A stretch of DNA of 64,000 nucleotides. Origin: Rickettsiales bacterium (GTDB lineage: Bacteria > Pseudomonadota > Alphaproteobacteria > Rs-D84). The notes under the pieces were generated by a model. The model saw only the letters and a program-made list of their open reading frames with translations, did not search any database and was not told the DNA's origin. The DNA is taken from positions 347-64,346 of the forward strand of contig JAIRRC010000032.1 in assembly GCA_031256175.1 (NCBI GenBank), given 5' to 3'. The position numbers were made by a program, and so were the translations under genes. Positions 9,947-18,402 of this stretch are shown here, piece by piece; position 1 is the stretch's first letter; every line of letters starts with the position of its first letter.

Positions 9947-10687
9947 TTATTTAGCGTTATAGGACAGGGTCTGTTTCCGAAGGAGGTTGTGGATTTTCAC
10001 TTCGAAACCCAGCTCGGGCGAATAGGACATTATCGTGTCGATTCTATCCTGAACCGCCTTGTTGAATTCCGCGACCTTTTCATACGGCTTTTTGAATATT
10101 TCCAGCCTTTCGTCCGCGCATGAAAGCGTGCCCGAGAACAAGATTCTCATGCCGAGGATTTTCTCCATATATTCCAATTCCATGCGCGCGCCTTCCATTA
10201 TCGGCGCGAAAGCCGGATAGTTCTTGCCGCATTTCGCGCGTATTTCATCGAAGCGGGCAATCGTGTCGGGGCCGCACACCCTTAAATGCCCGCCGGGCGC
10301 AAGATACAGCATCGACTTCAAATAAAATAATTTCGCGGCGGCGCGGCTGACCGCATACACCGGCAACACGTAATTCGCCCAAATTTCGTGGAACTGGCCG
10401 GGCTTGAATCCCGCGTATGTTATATAATCCGCCTGTATATTCGCAAATTGGGAGTTGTGCATGCAAAGCGGGTCGATGTGCAAATCTATGTTCGTGAATG
10501 TGAAGCTGCCGAGAATTCTGTCGGTGGCGAAACCTTCGCCATAACACCCGTATCCGCCGCCGACAAGAAGGGTGTTGCCGCCGTTCGCCGGATACCAGCA
10601 CAAGACAAGGTCTTCGGCATAATCTTCGGCGGCCCGCTGGCGATGCTGATTGTCCAGATAGTTTATGATTTGCTTTTTCGCGGGCAT
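9947..10687 (-). CDS. hypothetical protein, possible class I SAM-dependent methyltransferase fold
   Basis: 246 aa; Gly-rich LLVGGGYGCYGEGF motif; weak assignment. Confidence 0.35.
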   Translation of the reverse strand: MPAKKQIINYLDNQHRQRAAEDYAEDLVLCWYPANGGNTLLVGGGYGCYGEGFATDRILGSFTFTNIDLHIDPLCMHNSQFANIQADYITYAGFKPGQFHEIWANYVLPVYAVSRAAAKLFYLKSMLYLAPGGHLRVCGPDTIARFDEIRAKCGKNYPAFAPIMEGARMELEYMEKILGMRILFSGTLSCADERLEIFKKPYEKVAEFNKAVQDRIDTIMSYSPELGFEVKIHNLLRKQTLSYNAK

Positions 10688-10752
10688 TCTCGCCTCCTGT
10701 TCGGTTTATTATATGACAATCTATGAATTCGTCAAGTATTAATATTTATATG

Positions 10753-10781
10753 TTGAAAATGGGCGGCGCGTGCTTTATAGT
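10753..10781 (+). promoter_or_regulatory. putative sigma70 promoter of tRNA-Ala
   Basis: TTGAAA-17 nt-TATAGT, 11 nt upstream of tRNA 5' end. Confidence 0.45.
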
Positions 10782-10792
10782 TTGAAATCCGT

Positions 10793-10868
10793 GGGGCCGT
10801 AGCTCAGTTGGTAGAGCGCTTCGTTCGCAATGAAGAGGTCGGGAGTTCGAATCTCCTCGGTTCCACCA
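10793..10868 (+). tRNA. tRNA-Ala (anticodon CGC)
   Basis: 76-nt cloverleaf, G3:U70 Ala identity pair, anticodon loop TTCGCAA, encoded CCA. Confidence 0.9.
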
Positions 10869-10993
10869 TTAACTTGGTACCGCGCCATCCTTCGTTCCCT
10901 CGCGACGCGCACATCAACTCACGGCTAACAACGCCGCTCGTTGTGTGCTTATTCGCTCGTGCTCGAATCCGATTGGCTCCACCATTAACTTGG
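10869..10993 (+). repeat. tRNA-3'-associated structured element (family A, copy 2) ending in a direct repeat of the tRNA-Ala 3' end
   Basis: ~100-bp segment ~85% identical to 30574-30669 and to 5925-6020; 16-bp exact DR TCCACCATTAACTTGG at 10862-10877 and 10978-10993. Confidence 0.65.
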
Positions 10994-11003
10994 GACAAAG
11001 ATT

Positions 11004-11297
11004 ATGAAAGTAATAACTATCTGCGGTTCGCTTAAATTCCAACAAGAAATGATATATTGGTCCGAAAAACTGGAACTCGACGGAAACTGCGTTCTAAGCT
11101 GCATCTATCCGTCCGGGAAAAAAGAGGACTTGACGCCCGAACAGGAAGAAGTCTTGGACAGGGGGCACTTGAAGAAGATAGATTTGTCAGATGCGATTTT
11201 TGTTGTGAACAAGGGCGGATATACCGGATTCAGCACGAAAAACGAAATCGAATACGCCAAAGCCCACGGCAAGGAAATCATGTTCTTAGAGCAATGA
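11004..11297 (+). CDS. nucleoside 2-deoxyribosyltransferase-like small protein
   Basis: 97 aa; ICGSLKF..DAIFVVN..GGYTGFSTKNEIEYAKAHGKEI resembles NDT/Rcl-like fold. Confidence 0.5.
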   Translation: MKVITICGSLKFQQEMIYWSEKLELDGNCVLSCIYPSGKKEDLTPEQEEVLDRGHLKKIDLSDAIFVVNKGGYTGFSTKNEIEYAKAHGKEIMFLEQ

Positions 11298-11301
11298 AAT
11301 A

Positions 11302-12291
11302 ATGGCAAGACTCAAACTGCATATTTCCCATCTGTCGCCTTTGTTCAAGGACGCTTTGGCGCTTGTTCAAAACGACAAGTTCCAACTAACCTTCCAAGAC
11401 CATCTTATCAATAATCCGGCCGCGCTGGCCGACACCATCCGCGACGCGGATATTCTTTACCTTGGCGGCGACGATTATTATTCGCGGGAAGTTTTAAGCC
11501 AGGCGAAAAACTTGAAACTGATTTCCTTCGGCGGCACCGGATACGAATCCTACATCGACGCCGCGGCGGCGACAGAACTCGGCATCGCCATAACGAACAC
11601 GCCCGGCGCGAACAGCGACTCCGTCGCGAACCACAAGCGCGATTTCATACGCGCGGCCATAAACCAAATAATCGCGCCGGACAAGGCGGGCGTCTATATG
11701 CCGAACCCGCGGGACGTCAAAATCGGCCTTATCGGCTTCGGGAACATTCATCAGGCGTTATATGAAAAGCTGAGGGGCAAATACGACGTCCATTTTTGGA
11801 ACAGGACCAAAATCGACAATCCGGATTACAGGGATTTGGACACTTTGCTTGGCGAGAGCAATCTTCTCAGCATATCGATAACCGCGAACGATTCGACGAA
11901 GGGTTTCCTTGGGCCGGAAGAATTCCGCAAGATGAAAAACAATTCCTTCGGCATCGTGAATTCCTGCCGGCACAATCTTGTGGACGAGCGCGCGCCCGTC
12001 CAGTTCCTTAACGAGAACTGGCCGCGGTCGTATCATGTCGACCAGGACGTCCGCATCGACGGGGTCATCCCCTGCCCGCGCAATCCGAACAAGGTCGCGA
12101 CCACGCCAAGCAGCGGCTGCCGCACCGCGGAAGCATGGAACAAGACCGACATGATGGCGTTCCAGAACATCGCCCTTTTCGCGAACGCCGGGACTTCGAA
12201 ATATATCGTGAATCCCGAATATAAAAAGGCCGCGGTCAATTCGGCCGTCAACACCGCCTTTATTATGGACAGGATGGCGCGAAGGAATTAA
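11302..12291 (+). CDS. D-isomer-specific 2-hydroxyacid dehydrogenase family protein
   Basis: NAD-binding GLIGFGNIHQA (GxGxxG) and overall 2-HADH architecture. Confidence 0.75.
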   Translation: MARLKLHISHLSPLFKDALALVQNDKFQLTFQDHLINNPAALADTIRDADILYLGGDDYYSREVLSQAKNLKLISFGGTGYESYIDAAAATELGIAITNTPGANSDSVANHKRDFIRAAINQIIAPDKAGVYMPNPRDVKIGLIGFGNIHQALYEKLRGKYDVHFWNRTKIDNPDYRDLDTLLGESNLLSISITANDSTKGFLGPEEFRKMKNNSFGIVNSCRHNLVDERAPVQFLNENWPRSYHVDQDVRIDGVIPCPRNPNKVATTPSSGCRTAEAWNKTDMMAFQNIALFANAGTSKYIVNPEYKKAAVNSAVNTAFIMDRMARRN

Positions 12292-12312
12292 GATATAAAA
12301 AAGGAGTCGGCA

Positions 12313-12771
12313 ATGTTTTGGAAAATCGGATTTTTCATCCAGCTTATTCTTATCATCGCGATGGTATGGGTCTTCATCAAGGCGAATCCCATGAAGAACG
12401 AGGGCGCAGCCAGCTGGATTGACATATATTCGAAAGACCCGGCCGCCACAATCAAATTCCTGAACGATGTTTTCGGCACCCAGGTTGTCGAAACAAAAGC
12501 CAGCGAAACGCCCGGCATGGACTATAAAGTTCTGAAAGCGAAAGGCCAGATGTGGCCGTTCGCGGGAATCATGGAATGGCCGGAAAAGGATTTTCCTTCG
12601 CACACCATGATTTATCTGACGACCAAAGATTATGCCGCGACCCATAAGAAGATGATAGAGCTTGGCGCGACCCCCGTCATGACCGACAAATACGCGGGCG
12701 GCATGAAGTTCGGGATATACGGAATACCGGGCCGCGTCTATATCGGCATCGCCGAATGGAAAGAGCGCTAA
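12313..12771 (+). CDS. VOC (glyoxalase/bleomycin-resistance) family protein
   Basis: 152 aa; VOC-like beta-alpha-beta pattern; hydrophobic N-terminus may mean the true start is internal. Confidence 0.5.
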   Translation: MFWKIGFFIQLILIIAMVWVFIKANPMKNEGAASWIDIYSKDPAATIKFLNDVFGTQVVETKASETPGMDYKVLKAKGQMWPFAGIMEWPEKDFPSHTMIYLTTKDYAATHKKMIELGATPVMTDKYAGGMKFGIYGIPGRVYIGIAEWKER

Positions 12772-13088
12772 TCATGAAACAGACAATCTACGCAGAAGTT
12801 TTCCGCGCTTCGCAGAACGAGCTGTGGATGGAACAGATTCTTCCGATGCAGGGAATCGGCCCAGCGGATTATATTTACGGCTCGAATATATTCATGCCCA
12901 GGGAACTGGTCGTCAAGGAAGGCCCGTATTTTAACAAGAACGTTTTTATCGAGGAAGGAAGCCGGATAAAAATCGAATATAACGCGAAAGAAAAACACGA
13001 ACACAGCGGCGCGCTCGGCATTCTTCGCCTGAAACAAAGGCAAATCATCGCGGCCGAAGTCGTCGGACGGAAAGAACATATCATATGA
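12756..13088 (+). CDS. hypothetical protein
   Basis: 110-aa ORF overlapping preceding stop; no family recognised. Confidence 0.35.
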   Translation: MERALIMKQTIYAEVFRASQNELWMEQILPMQGIGPADYIYGSNIFMPRELVVKEGPYFNKNVFIEEGSRIKIEYNAKEKHEHSGALGILRLKQRQIIAAEVVGRKEHII

Positions 13089-13119
13089 TTAGCCTTTTTG
13101 TTTCAGGCGTTGTTTTTGG

Positions 13120-14025
13120 TTAGGACAGCCTCTTTTTCAAAGGCGCGATGTATTTGTCCATTATAGGGTCGTCAACTTCGTTCTGGTCGCAGATGTCGAA
13201 CGCTTCCCTTGTGTATTTCCTTATCCCGCCCGCCGCGCCGCCGCAGCCCGAACCGCGCGGCGCCCTTTTCGAATATTCCTCCCACGATTTGCAATGGTAA
13301 TGATTGCACCTTATCGCGAAGCCTTCTATCGGGCCTTCGTTCGACATGACGTTTTTCCCGGCGAACATATGGCGGCGGTGGATTCCGGGGCGCGCCGTGA
13401 AGCGCGGGTTCGCGATGGTCTTATACATGTCGCCCGGAAGTTTGAAATTGTTTTTCGCCGCGCGGGTTTTGAAATTCTCTATAACCAGGCCAGCCGGTTT
13501 CTTCTCGTGGCCGTTCGAACCATACATGACCCAGCCCGCCCAAACCTGCGAAGTATCTTTCGGAAGCGAATCCAGATATTCCGTTATGGTTTCATGTTCC
13601 GTCGGCACCAAGAATTCGTCCAAGTCTATAACCGCGAACCATTTCGCTTCGAATTTTTTCGTGTCGAAGGCGTGCTGATAAACGGCCAGCTGCTGCTTCT
13701 GGCCCGGCCAGAATTTATACTCGACCACGCCGGATTTTATATAAGGCGCCAAAACTTCCTTTATATCGTCCGTCGATTCATTGTCATAGATATAAAACTT
13801 TTCCACGCCAAGCATGCGATGGTATTCAATCCATTCGCGGAAATACGCGCCCTCGTTTTTCGCGATGGCGACTATCGCGAGCTTATAAGGAAATTCCAGC
13901 TTCGGTTCGGCAAGGCGCGCGCGTATGGATTTTATCAAACCGAAATGCAAAATGTTTCTTGCGCGGACGCGCCAAGGTCTGTAAGGAATCAATCCGCCGA
14001 TTATGTTTATTAGGGTTTTCTTCAT
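13120..14025 (-). CDS. glycosyltransferase family 92 (DUF23) protein, paralog 1
   Basis: AIAKNEGAYFREWIEYHRMLGVEKFYIYDNESTD..IDLDEFLVP signature; paralogous to 38734-39654 and 39651-40532. Confidence 0.75.
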   Translation of the reverse strand: MKKTLINIIGGLIPYRPWRVRARNILHFGLIKSIRARLAEPKLEFPYKLAIVAIAKNEGAYFREWIEYHRMLGVEKFYIYDNESTDDIKEVLAPYIKSGVVEYKFWPGQKQQLAVYQHAFDTKKFEAKWFAVIDLDEFLVPTEHETITEYLDSLPKDTSQVWAGWVMYGSNGHEKKPAGLVIENFKTRAAKNNFKLPGDMYKTIANPRFTARPGIHRRHMFAGKNVMSNEGPIEGFAIRCNHYHCKSWEEYSKRAPRGSGCGGAAGGIRKYTREAFDICDQNEVDDPIMDKYIAPLKKRLS

Positions 14026-14054
14026 TCTGGGGGCCTTTATTTTCTATCAGCCTA

Positions 14055-14063
14055 CCCCCCCCC
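14055..14063 (-). repeat. poly(G) homopolymeric tract (9 nt) upstream of GT92 paralog 1
   Basis: CCCCCCCCC on plus strand, 30-38 nt upstream of the 14025 start codon. Confidence 0.8.
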
Positions 14064-14212
14064 ATTCACAAAAATCAAGCGGAAAAGTTGTAAAAAAAGA
14101 GTCGGCCCAGGCCGACGATTTGTGAACAATTTGAGATTCCCGCCACCCCACCCACGGCCTGCGCGGCGCTTCGCTGGCTCGGCCGCGGGACCCGGGACGC
14201 GGGAATGACAAA

Positions 14213-14246
14213 GAATAAAAAGAGTCGCCGCAAAATGCGGCGACTT
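14213..14246 (-). terminator. rho-independent terminator of dnaK
   Basis: GTCGCCGC-AAAAT-GCGGCGAC hairpin followed on minus strand by CTCTTTTTATT. Confidence 0.7.
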
Positions 14247-14314
14247 AAAGACCACCCCGCCCGCCTTCGTCCTTTGGACTCCGGCGCGGCACCCCTCGCT
14301 ACGGGGGGAACTTT
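14247..14314 (-). repeat. 68-bp exact repeat R68 (copy 1), abutting the dnaK stop codon
   Basis: Identical to 44206-44273; GC-rich with internal CCCC..GGGG hairpin and complementary ends. Confidence 0.85.
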
Positions 14315-16206
14315 TTATTTAGTTTCGAAGTCGGCGTCGATTGTGCCGTCGTCGTTTTTCTTCGGCTGTTCCTGGGCCGCGCCGGTTTCGGCCTGGGCCT
14401 GTTTATAAATCATTTCGCCCAGCTTCATCGCGCGTTCCGACAATGCTTCGGTTTTCGATTTCAGGCTTTCCGCGGTCGCGTCCGATTTATCCATTTCCGA
14501 TTTCAAATCGGCCATGGCTTCGTCTATCGCCTTCTTCGTATCCGCGTCCAGCTTGTCGCCGTGCTCTTTAAGCGCTTTTTCCGTCGAATGGTAAAGCCCT
14601 TCGGCCGCGTTTTTCGCGTCCGCGAGCGCGCGTTTCTGTTTATCCGATTCGGCGTTCGCTTCGGCCTCCTTCACCATCTTTTTGATGTCGTCTTCCGACA
14701 GGCCGCCGTCCGATTTAATCGAAATCATCTGTTCCTTGCCCGTGCCTTTGTCCTTCGCCGACACGTGGACGATTCCGTTCGCGTCTATATCGAACGAAAC
14801 CTCTACCTGCGGAAGCCCGCGCGGCGCGGGCGCGATGCCTTCAAGATTGAACTGGCCAAGCAGCTTATTATCCGCGGCCATTTCGCGCTCGCCCTGGAAC
14901 ACGCGGATGGTGACGGCCGTCTGGTTGTCTTCGGCGGTCGAGAACACTTGCGATTTCTTCGTCGGTATCGTCGTATTGCGGTCGATAAGGCGCGTGAACA
15001 CGCCGCCGAGAGTTTCTATTCCAAGCGACAACGGGGTTACGTCGAGCAGCAGCACGTCTTTGACGTCGCCTTTCAAGACGCCGCCCTGCACCGCCGCGCC
15101 CATGCAGACGACTTCGTCAGGGTTCACGCCCTTGTGCGGTTCCTTGCCGAAGAAGTCTTTGACCGCCTGCTGGACCTTTGGCATTCTGGTTTGGCCGCCG
15201 ACCAAGATAACTTCGGATATTTGCGATTTTTCAAGGCCCGCGTCCTTCATCGCTTTTTTGCACGGCTCTATCGATTTCGAAATCAAATCGTCCACCAACG
15301 ATTCCAATTTAGCGCGCGTCAATTTCACCGCGAAATGTTTCGGGCCGCTCGCGTCCGCAGTGATGAACGGAAGATTGATTTCGGTTTCGGTTTTCGACGA
15401 CAATTCGATTTTCGCCTTTTCGGAAGCTTCCTTCAAGCGCTGCAACGCCAGCTTGTCCGACTTCAAATCTATGCCGTTCGATTTTTTGAATTCGGCCAGC
15501 AGGTATTCCATTATCCTTTTGTCGAAGTCGCCGCCGCCCAGCGCGGTGTCGCCGTTCGTCGATTTCACCTCGAACACCCCGTCGACGATTTCAAGAATCG
15601 ATATGTCGAAAGTTCCGCCGCCCAAGTCATAGACCGCGACTACGCCGTCCTTCTTCTTATCCATGCCATAGGCAAGCGCGGCCGCCGTCGGCTCGTTCAC
15701 TATGCGCAGCACGTTAAGGCCCGCGATGCGGCCCGCGTCTTTCGTGGCTTGCCTTTGTGAATCGTTGAAGTATGCGGGAACGGTTATCACGGCGTCGGAG
15801 ACTTTTTCGCCGAAATACGCTTCGGCGTCTTTTTTGAGTTTCGCCAAAATCATGGCCGAGATTTGCGACGGCGCGTATTTTTTGCCCTTTATCTCGACCC
15901 AGGCGTCGCCGTTGTCGCCCTTCACGATTTTATACGGGGAAAGCTTTTCGAATTCCTTTATTTCCGGGCTGTCGAATCGCATGCCCATCAGACGCTTGAT
16001 TTCATAAATGGTGTTGGTCGGGTTGGTGACGGCCTGGTTTTTCGCGGTAGTTCCGACGAATTGCTCGTCATTGTCGGCCCCGAAGGCGACGACCGAAGGG
16101 GTTGTGCGCTGACCTTCGGCGTTTTCGATTATCTTCGGCTTATCGCCGTCCATGAAGGCGACGCAGGAATTCGTCGTGCCCAAGTCAATGCCCAATACTT
16201 TCGCCA
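14315..16206 (-). CDS. dnaK: molecular chaperone DnaK (Hsp70)
   Basis: [17 protein letters not shown].. and full-length Hsp70 homology; AAGGAGA RBS. Confidence 0.95.
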
Positions 16207-16281
16207 TTTTTGTCTCCTTTTTTATTGTCAAAAAATCAATCTCAGTTTTTCGTTTTCGGATTAAATCGCCCGCTTGCTTGG

Positions 16282-16327
16282 AAAACCGACCCTCAGATAC
16301 GCTTCAGTATACGCTCGGGTCGGTTTT
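16282..16327. promoter_or_regulatory. long inverted repeat upstream of dnaK (candidate operator)
   Basis: Perfect 11-bp arms AAAACCGACCC / GGGTCGGTTTT separated by 24 nt, ~80-120 nt upstream of the dnaK start. Confidence 0.4.
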
Positions 16328-16414
16328 CCTTCACATCGGACGATTTTCTCTCGAAAACGCGACTCCGCTAAGATTTTTTGAATCTTATTTAATTGCTATT
16401 TTAATAATAATGAC

Positions 16415-16452
16415 GCCGCCCCCTTTTTCAAGGGGGCGGCGATTATTTTTTT
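16415..16452 (-). terminator. terminator hairpin downstream of hypothetical gene 16460-17053
   Basis: GCCGCCCCC-loop-GGGGGCGGC stem; T-tracts on both sides (possibly bidirectional). Confidence 0.5.
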
Positions 16453-16459
16453 ATTCCTA

Positions 16460-17053
16460 TTATTCAATACAACAATTCACGGCGTCTTTGACCCAGGTGC
16501 CCAGTTTGCCGACCATCGTTTTCGATTCTTTCGGGGAGGGGGCAGAGGGCAGACTGCAAGTGCCGGCGGCGGGGACTATGGCTTTTACCTGTTCGGAGAC
16601 TTCCGCCGCGATTCTTTGCACGCCCGACAAGTCCACAAGGCCCATATTAATGCCCCAGAAAAGAGAATACAATTCGTATGCCTTATTGAACAGATTATAA
16701 GCGTCGTCCTTGTTCCCGCGGCCCAGCTGCTTGGTGCCGACTTCCATAAGGCGCATACTGGCGGCCAGAAGGTGTTTCGATATGCACCATACTTCGCCGT
16801 TGTCGCCGCCGCTTTGCTTCACTATGCGGCCCATCAGGTCTTTGCGCATTTCGCGCACGATATTTATCAAGTCGTAAAATCCGGTTTTGCCCGTTTTGCC
16901 GCCGCTGAAAAAGAAGTGCTCTTCAAGGCTGGTCAGGTTCATCAATGCAATCGACAAGTCCTGGTCGGCGGAAAGGTCCAAGGGGTTGGCCTTCTTCGCG
17001 TCGTCCAGCTGCGCAATCATCTCGTCCAATGTGAGTTTTTTAGCTTTAACCAT
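16460..17053 (-). CDS. hypothetical protein
   Basis: 197-aa ORF upstream of dnaK; no family recognised (not GrpE-like). Confidence 0.45.
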   Translation of the reverse strand: MVKAKKLTLDEMIAQLDDAKKANPLDLSADQDLSIALMNLTSLEEHFFFSGGKTGKTGFYDLINIVREMRKDLMGRIVKQSGGDNGEVWCISKHLLAASMRLMEVGTKQLGRGNKDDAYNLFNKAYELYSLFWGINMGLVDLSGVQRIAAEVSEQVKAIVPAAGTCSLPSAPSPKESKTMVGKLGTWVKDAVNCCIE

Positions 17054-17548
17054 CTATTGCCTCGTTATCAGCCAGAATATTACAGAAGCGGCGCCCAGTA
17101 TCGCAATAGGCATGACTACCTTTTGGAAAGGGAACAGGGCGTGGCCGCCGTTGTTCTTCTTCATCTTGGAATACGAGAACGCCGACAGCCAGAACAGGAC
17201 GCTTCCGGTTATGATTCCAAGGAACAATTTGTCGATTCCCCACAAGGTATACGCGCCCCACTGGACGTCCGGCAGGAAATAAACCGAAAAGGTCAAGGCA
17301 TAGAATCCCACCAAGTCCAAGACATACGGCCATGATTTCGTAACGCCCCTGCGGCGCATATAATTCGCGAGCCACATCGCCATCGAAAGCGTAAGCGCGC
17401 CGAACCAAAGGCCCGTTATGACGTCGTCTATCCCGAATTCGCGCGCGAATATCAATCCGCCGCCCATCGCCACGGAACACACGGGGCACACCGCGTGCGC
17501 GTTAGTCGCCATCAGGAATGCGATTAAAGACAAAAACAATTTCTTCAT
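17054..17548 (-). CDS. integral membrane protein with N-terminal CxxC motif
   Basis: Signal/anchor then CPVCS motif, 4-5 TM segments. Confidence 0.5.
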   Translation of the reverse strand: MKKLFLSLIAFLMATNAHAVCPVCSVAMGGGLIFAREFGIDDVITGLWFGALTLSMAMWLANYMRRRGVTKSWPYVLDLVGFYALTFSVYFLPDVQWGAYTLWGIDKLFLGIITGSVLFWLSAFSYSKMKKNNGGHALFPFQKVVMPIAILGAASVIFWLITRQ

Positions 17549-17643
17549 CTCAATTCTCTTTGTAATGAATTTTTCAATTTGAGATTCCGACCTTCGTCGG
17601 AATGACAGGTTGATTATAGCCGGAAGGCGGGCGCGATGTCAAA

Positions 17644-18363
17644 CTACAATTTCATGGACGCGGCCAGCCATTCGGAATCCGGATAATTCACCCGCAGCAA
17701 TTCCTGGTGCACCGCCACCTGCTGCCGCATTCCAAGCGCCGAATACGCGACCGCCAGGCGATAGAGCGCTTCGGGCATCATGGCCGTGTCGTAGAACGCT
17801 ATTGTAAGCGCGTTCAGCCGCGTGATAGACGAAGTCCAATTCTTTTCCCTTTGGTCCTGGCGCGCCACGAACATCAATTTGCCCGCCAGATAATTCCGCA
17901 AAATCACGACTTTGTTCCTCGCATTTTCGGCGTATTCCGATTTCGGGAACCTTTCGATAAGATAATTGAACGCCGCCAGGGCTTCCTGGGTCATGCTTGC
18001 GTCGCGCTGCGCGTCGGACGCCTGGGCCATATAGCTTAGGCCTTTCAAATAAATCATATAGGCCGCGTAGGGATGGCCCGGCTGGAACCGCAGAAACCGG
18101 TCGATGTCCGCGATGGCGCCCGCATAGTCGTCGTCCATATAATAGGAATAAGCCGCAAGGACCAACGCGTCCGCGACCCAGGGGCTTGCCGGGTGAAGCT
18201 TGTCCACGTCTTCGAATCCCGATGCGGCCGCGGCGTAATCGCGCTTTTCGAGTTTCGCGTGCGCTTCGGCGTAGATTTGTGTGTCTGTCCGCTCGTCCAG
18301 CTTGTCGCCGCCGCAAGCCGCGACTGACAGGACGGCGATAAAAATTAAAAGTCGTTTCATCAT
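17644..18363 (-). CDS. bamD: outer membrane protein assembly factor BamD-like TPR lipoprotein
   Basis: Lipobox LSVAAC, TPR-like repeats, size and pattern consistent with BamD/ComL. Confidence 0.65.
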   Translation of the reverse strand: MMKRLLIFIAVLSVAACGGDKLDERTDTQIYAEAHAKLEKRDYAAAASGFEDVDKLHPASPWVADALVLAAYSYYMDDDYAGAIADIDRFLRFQPGHPYAAYMIYLKGLSYMAQASDAQRDASMTQEALAAFNYLIERFPKSEYAENARNKVVILRNYLAGKLMFVARQDQREKNWTSSITRLNALTIAFYDTAMMPEALYRLAVAYSALGMRQQVAVHQELLRVNYPDSEWLAASMKL

Positions 18364-18402
18364 TTGATTTTTCCGAATTCGTGGTGTATGTTAGGCTAAA
18401 CA

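Noticed and set aside
14561-15760. 399-aa and 316-aa ORFs on the plus strand inside dnaK
   Set aside because: They are antisense to a high-confidence dnaK gene. Arg/Ala-rich low-complexity translations are typical of GC-rich antisense frames.
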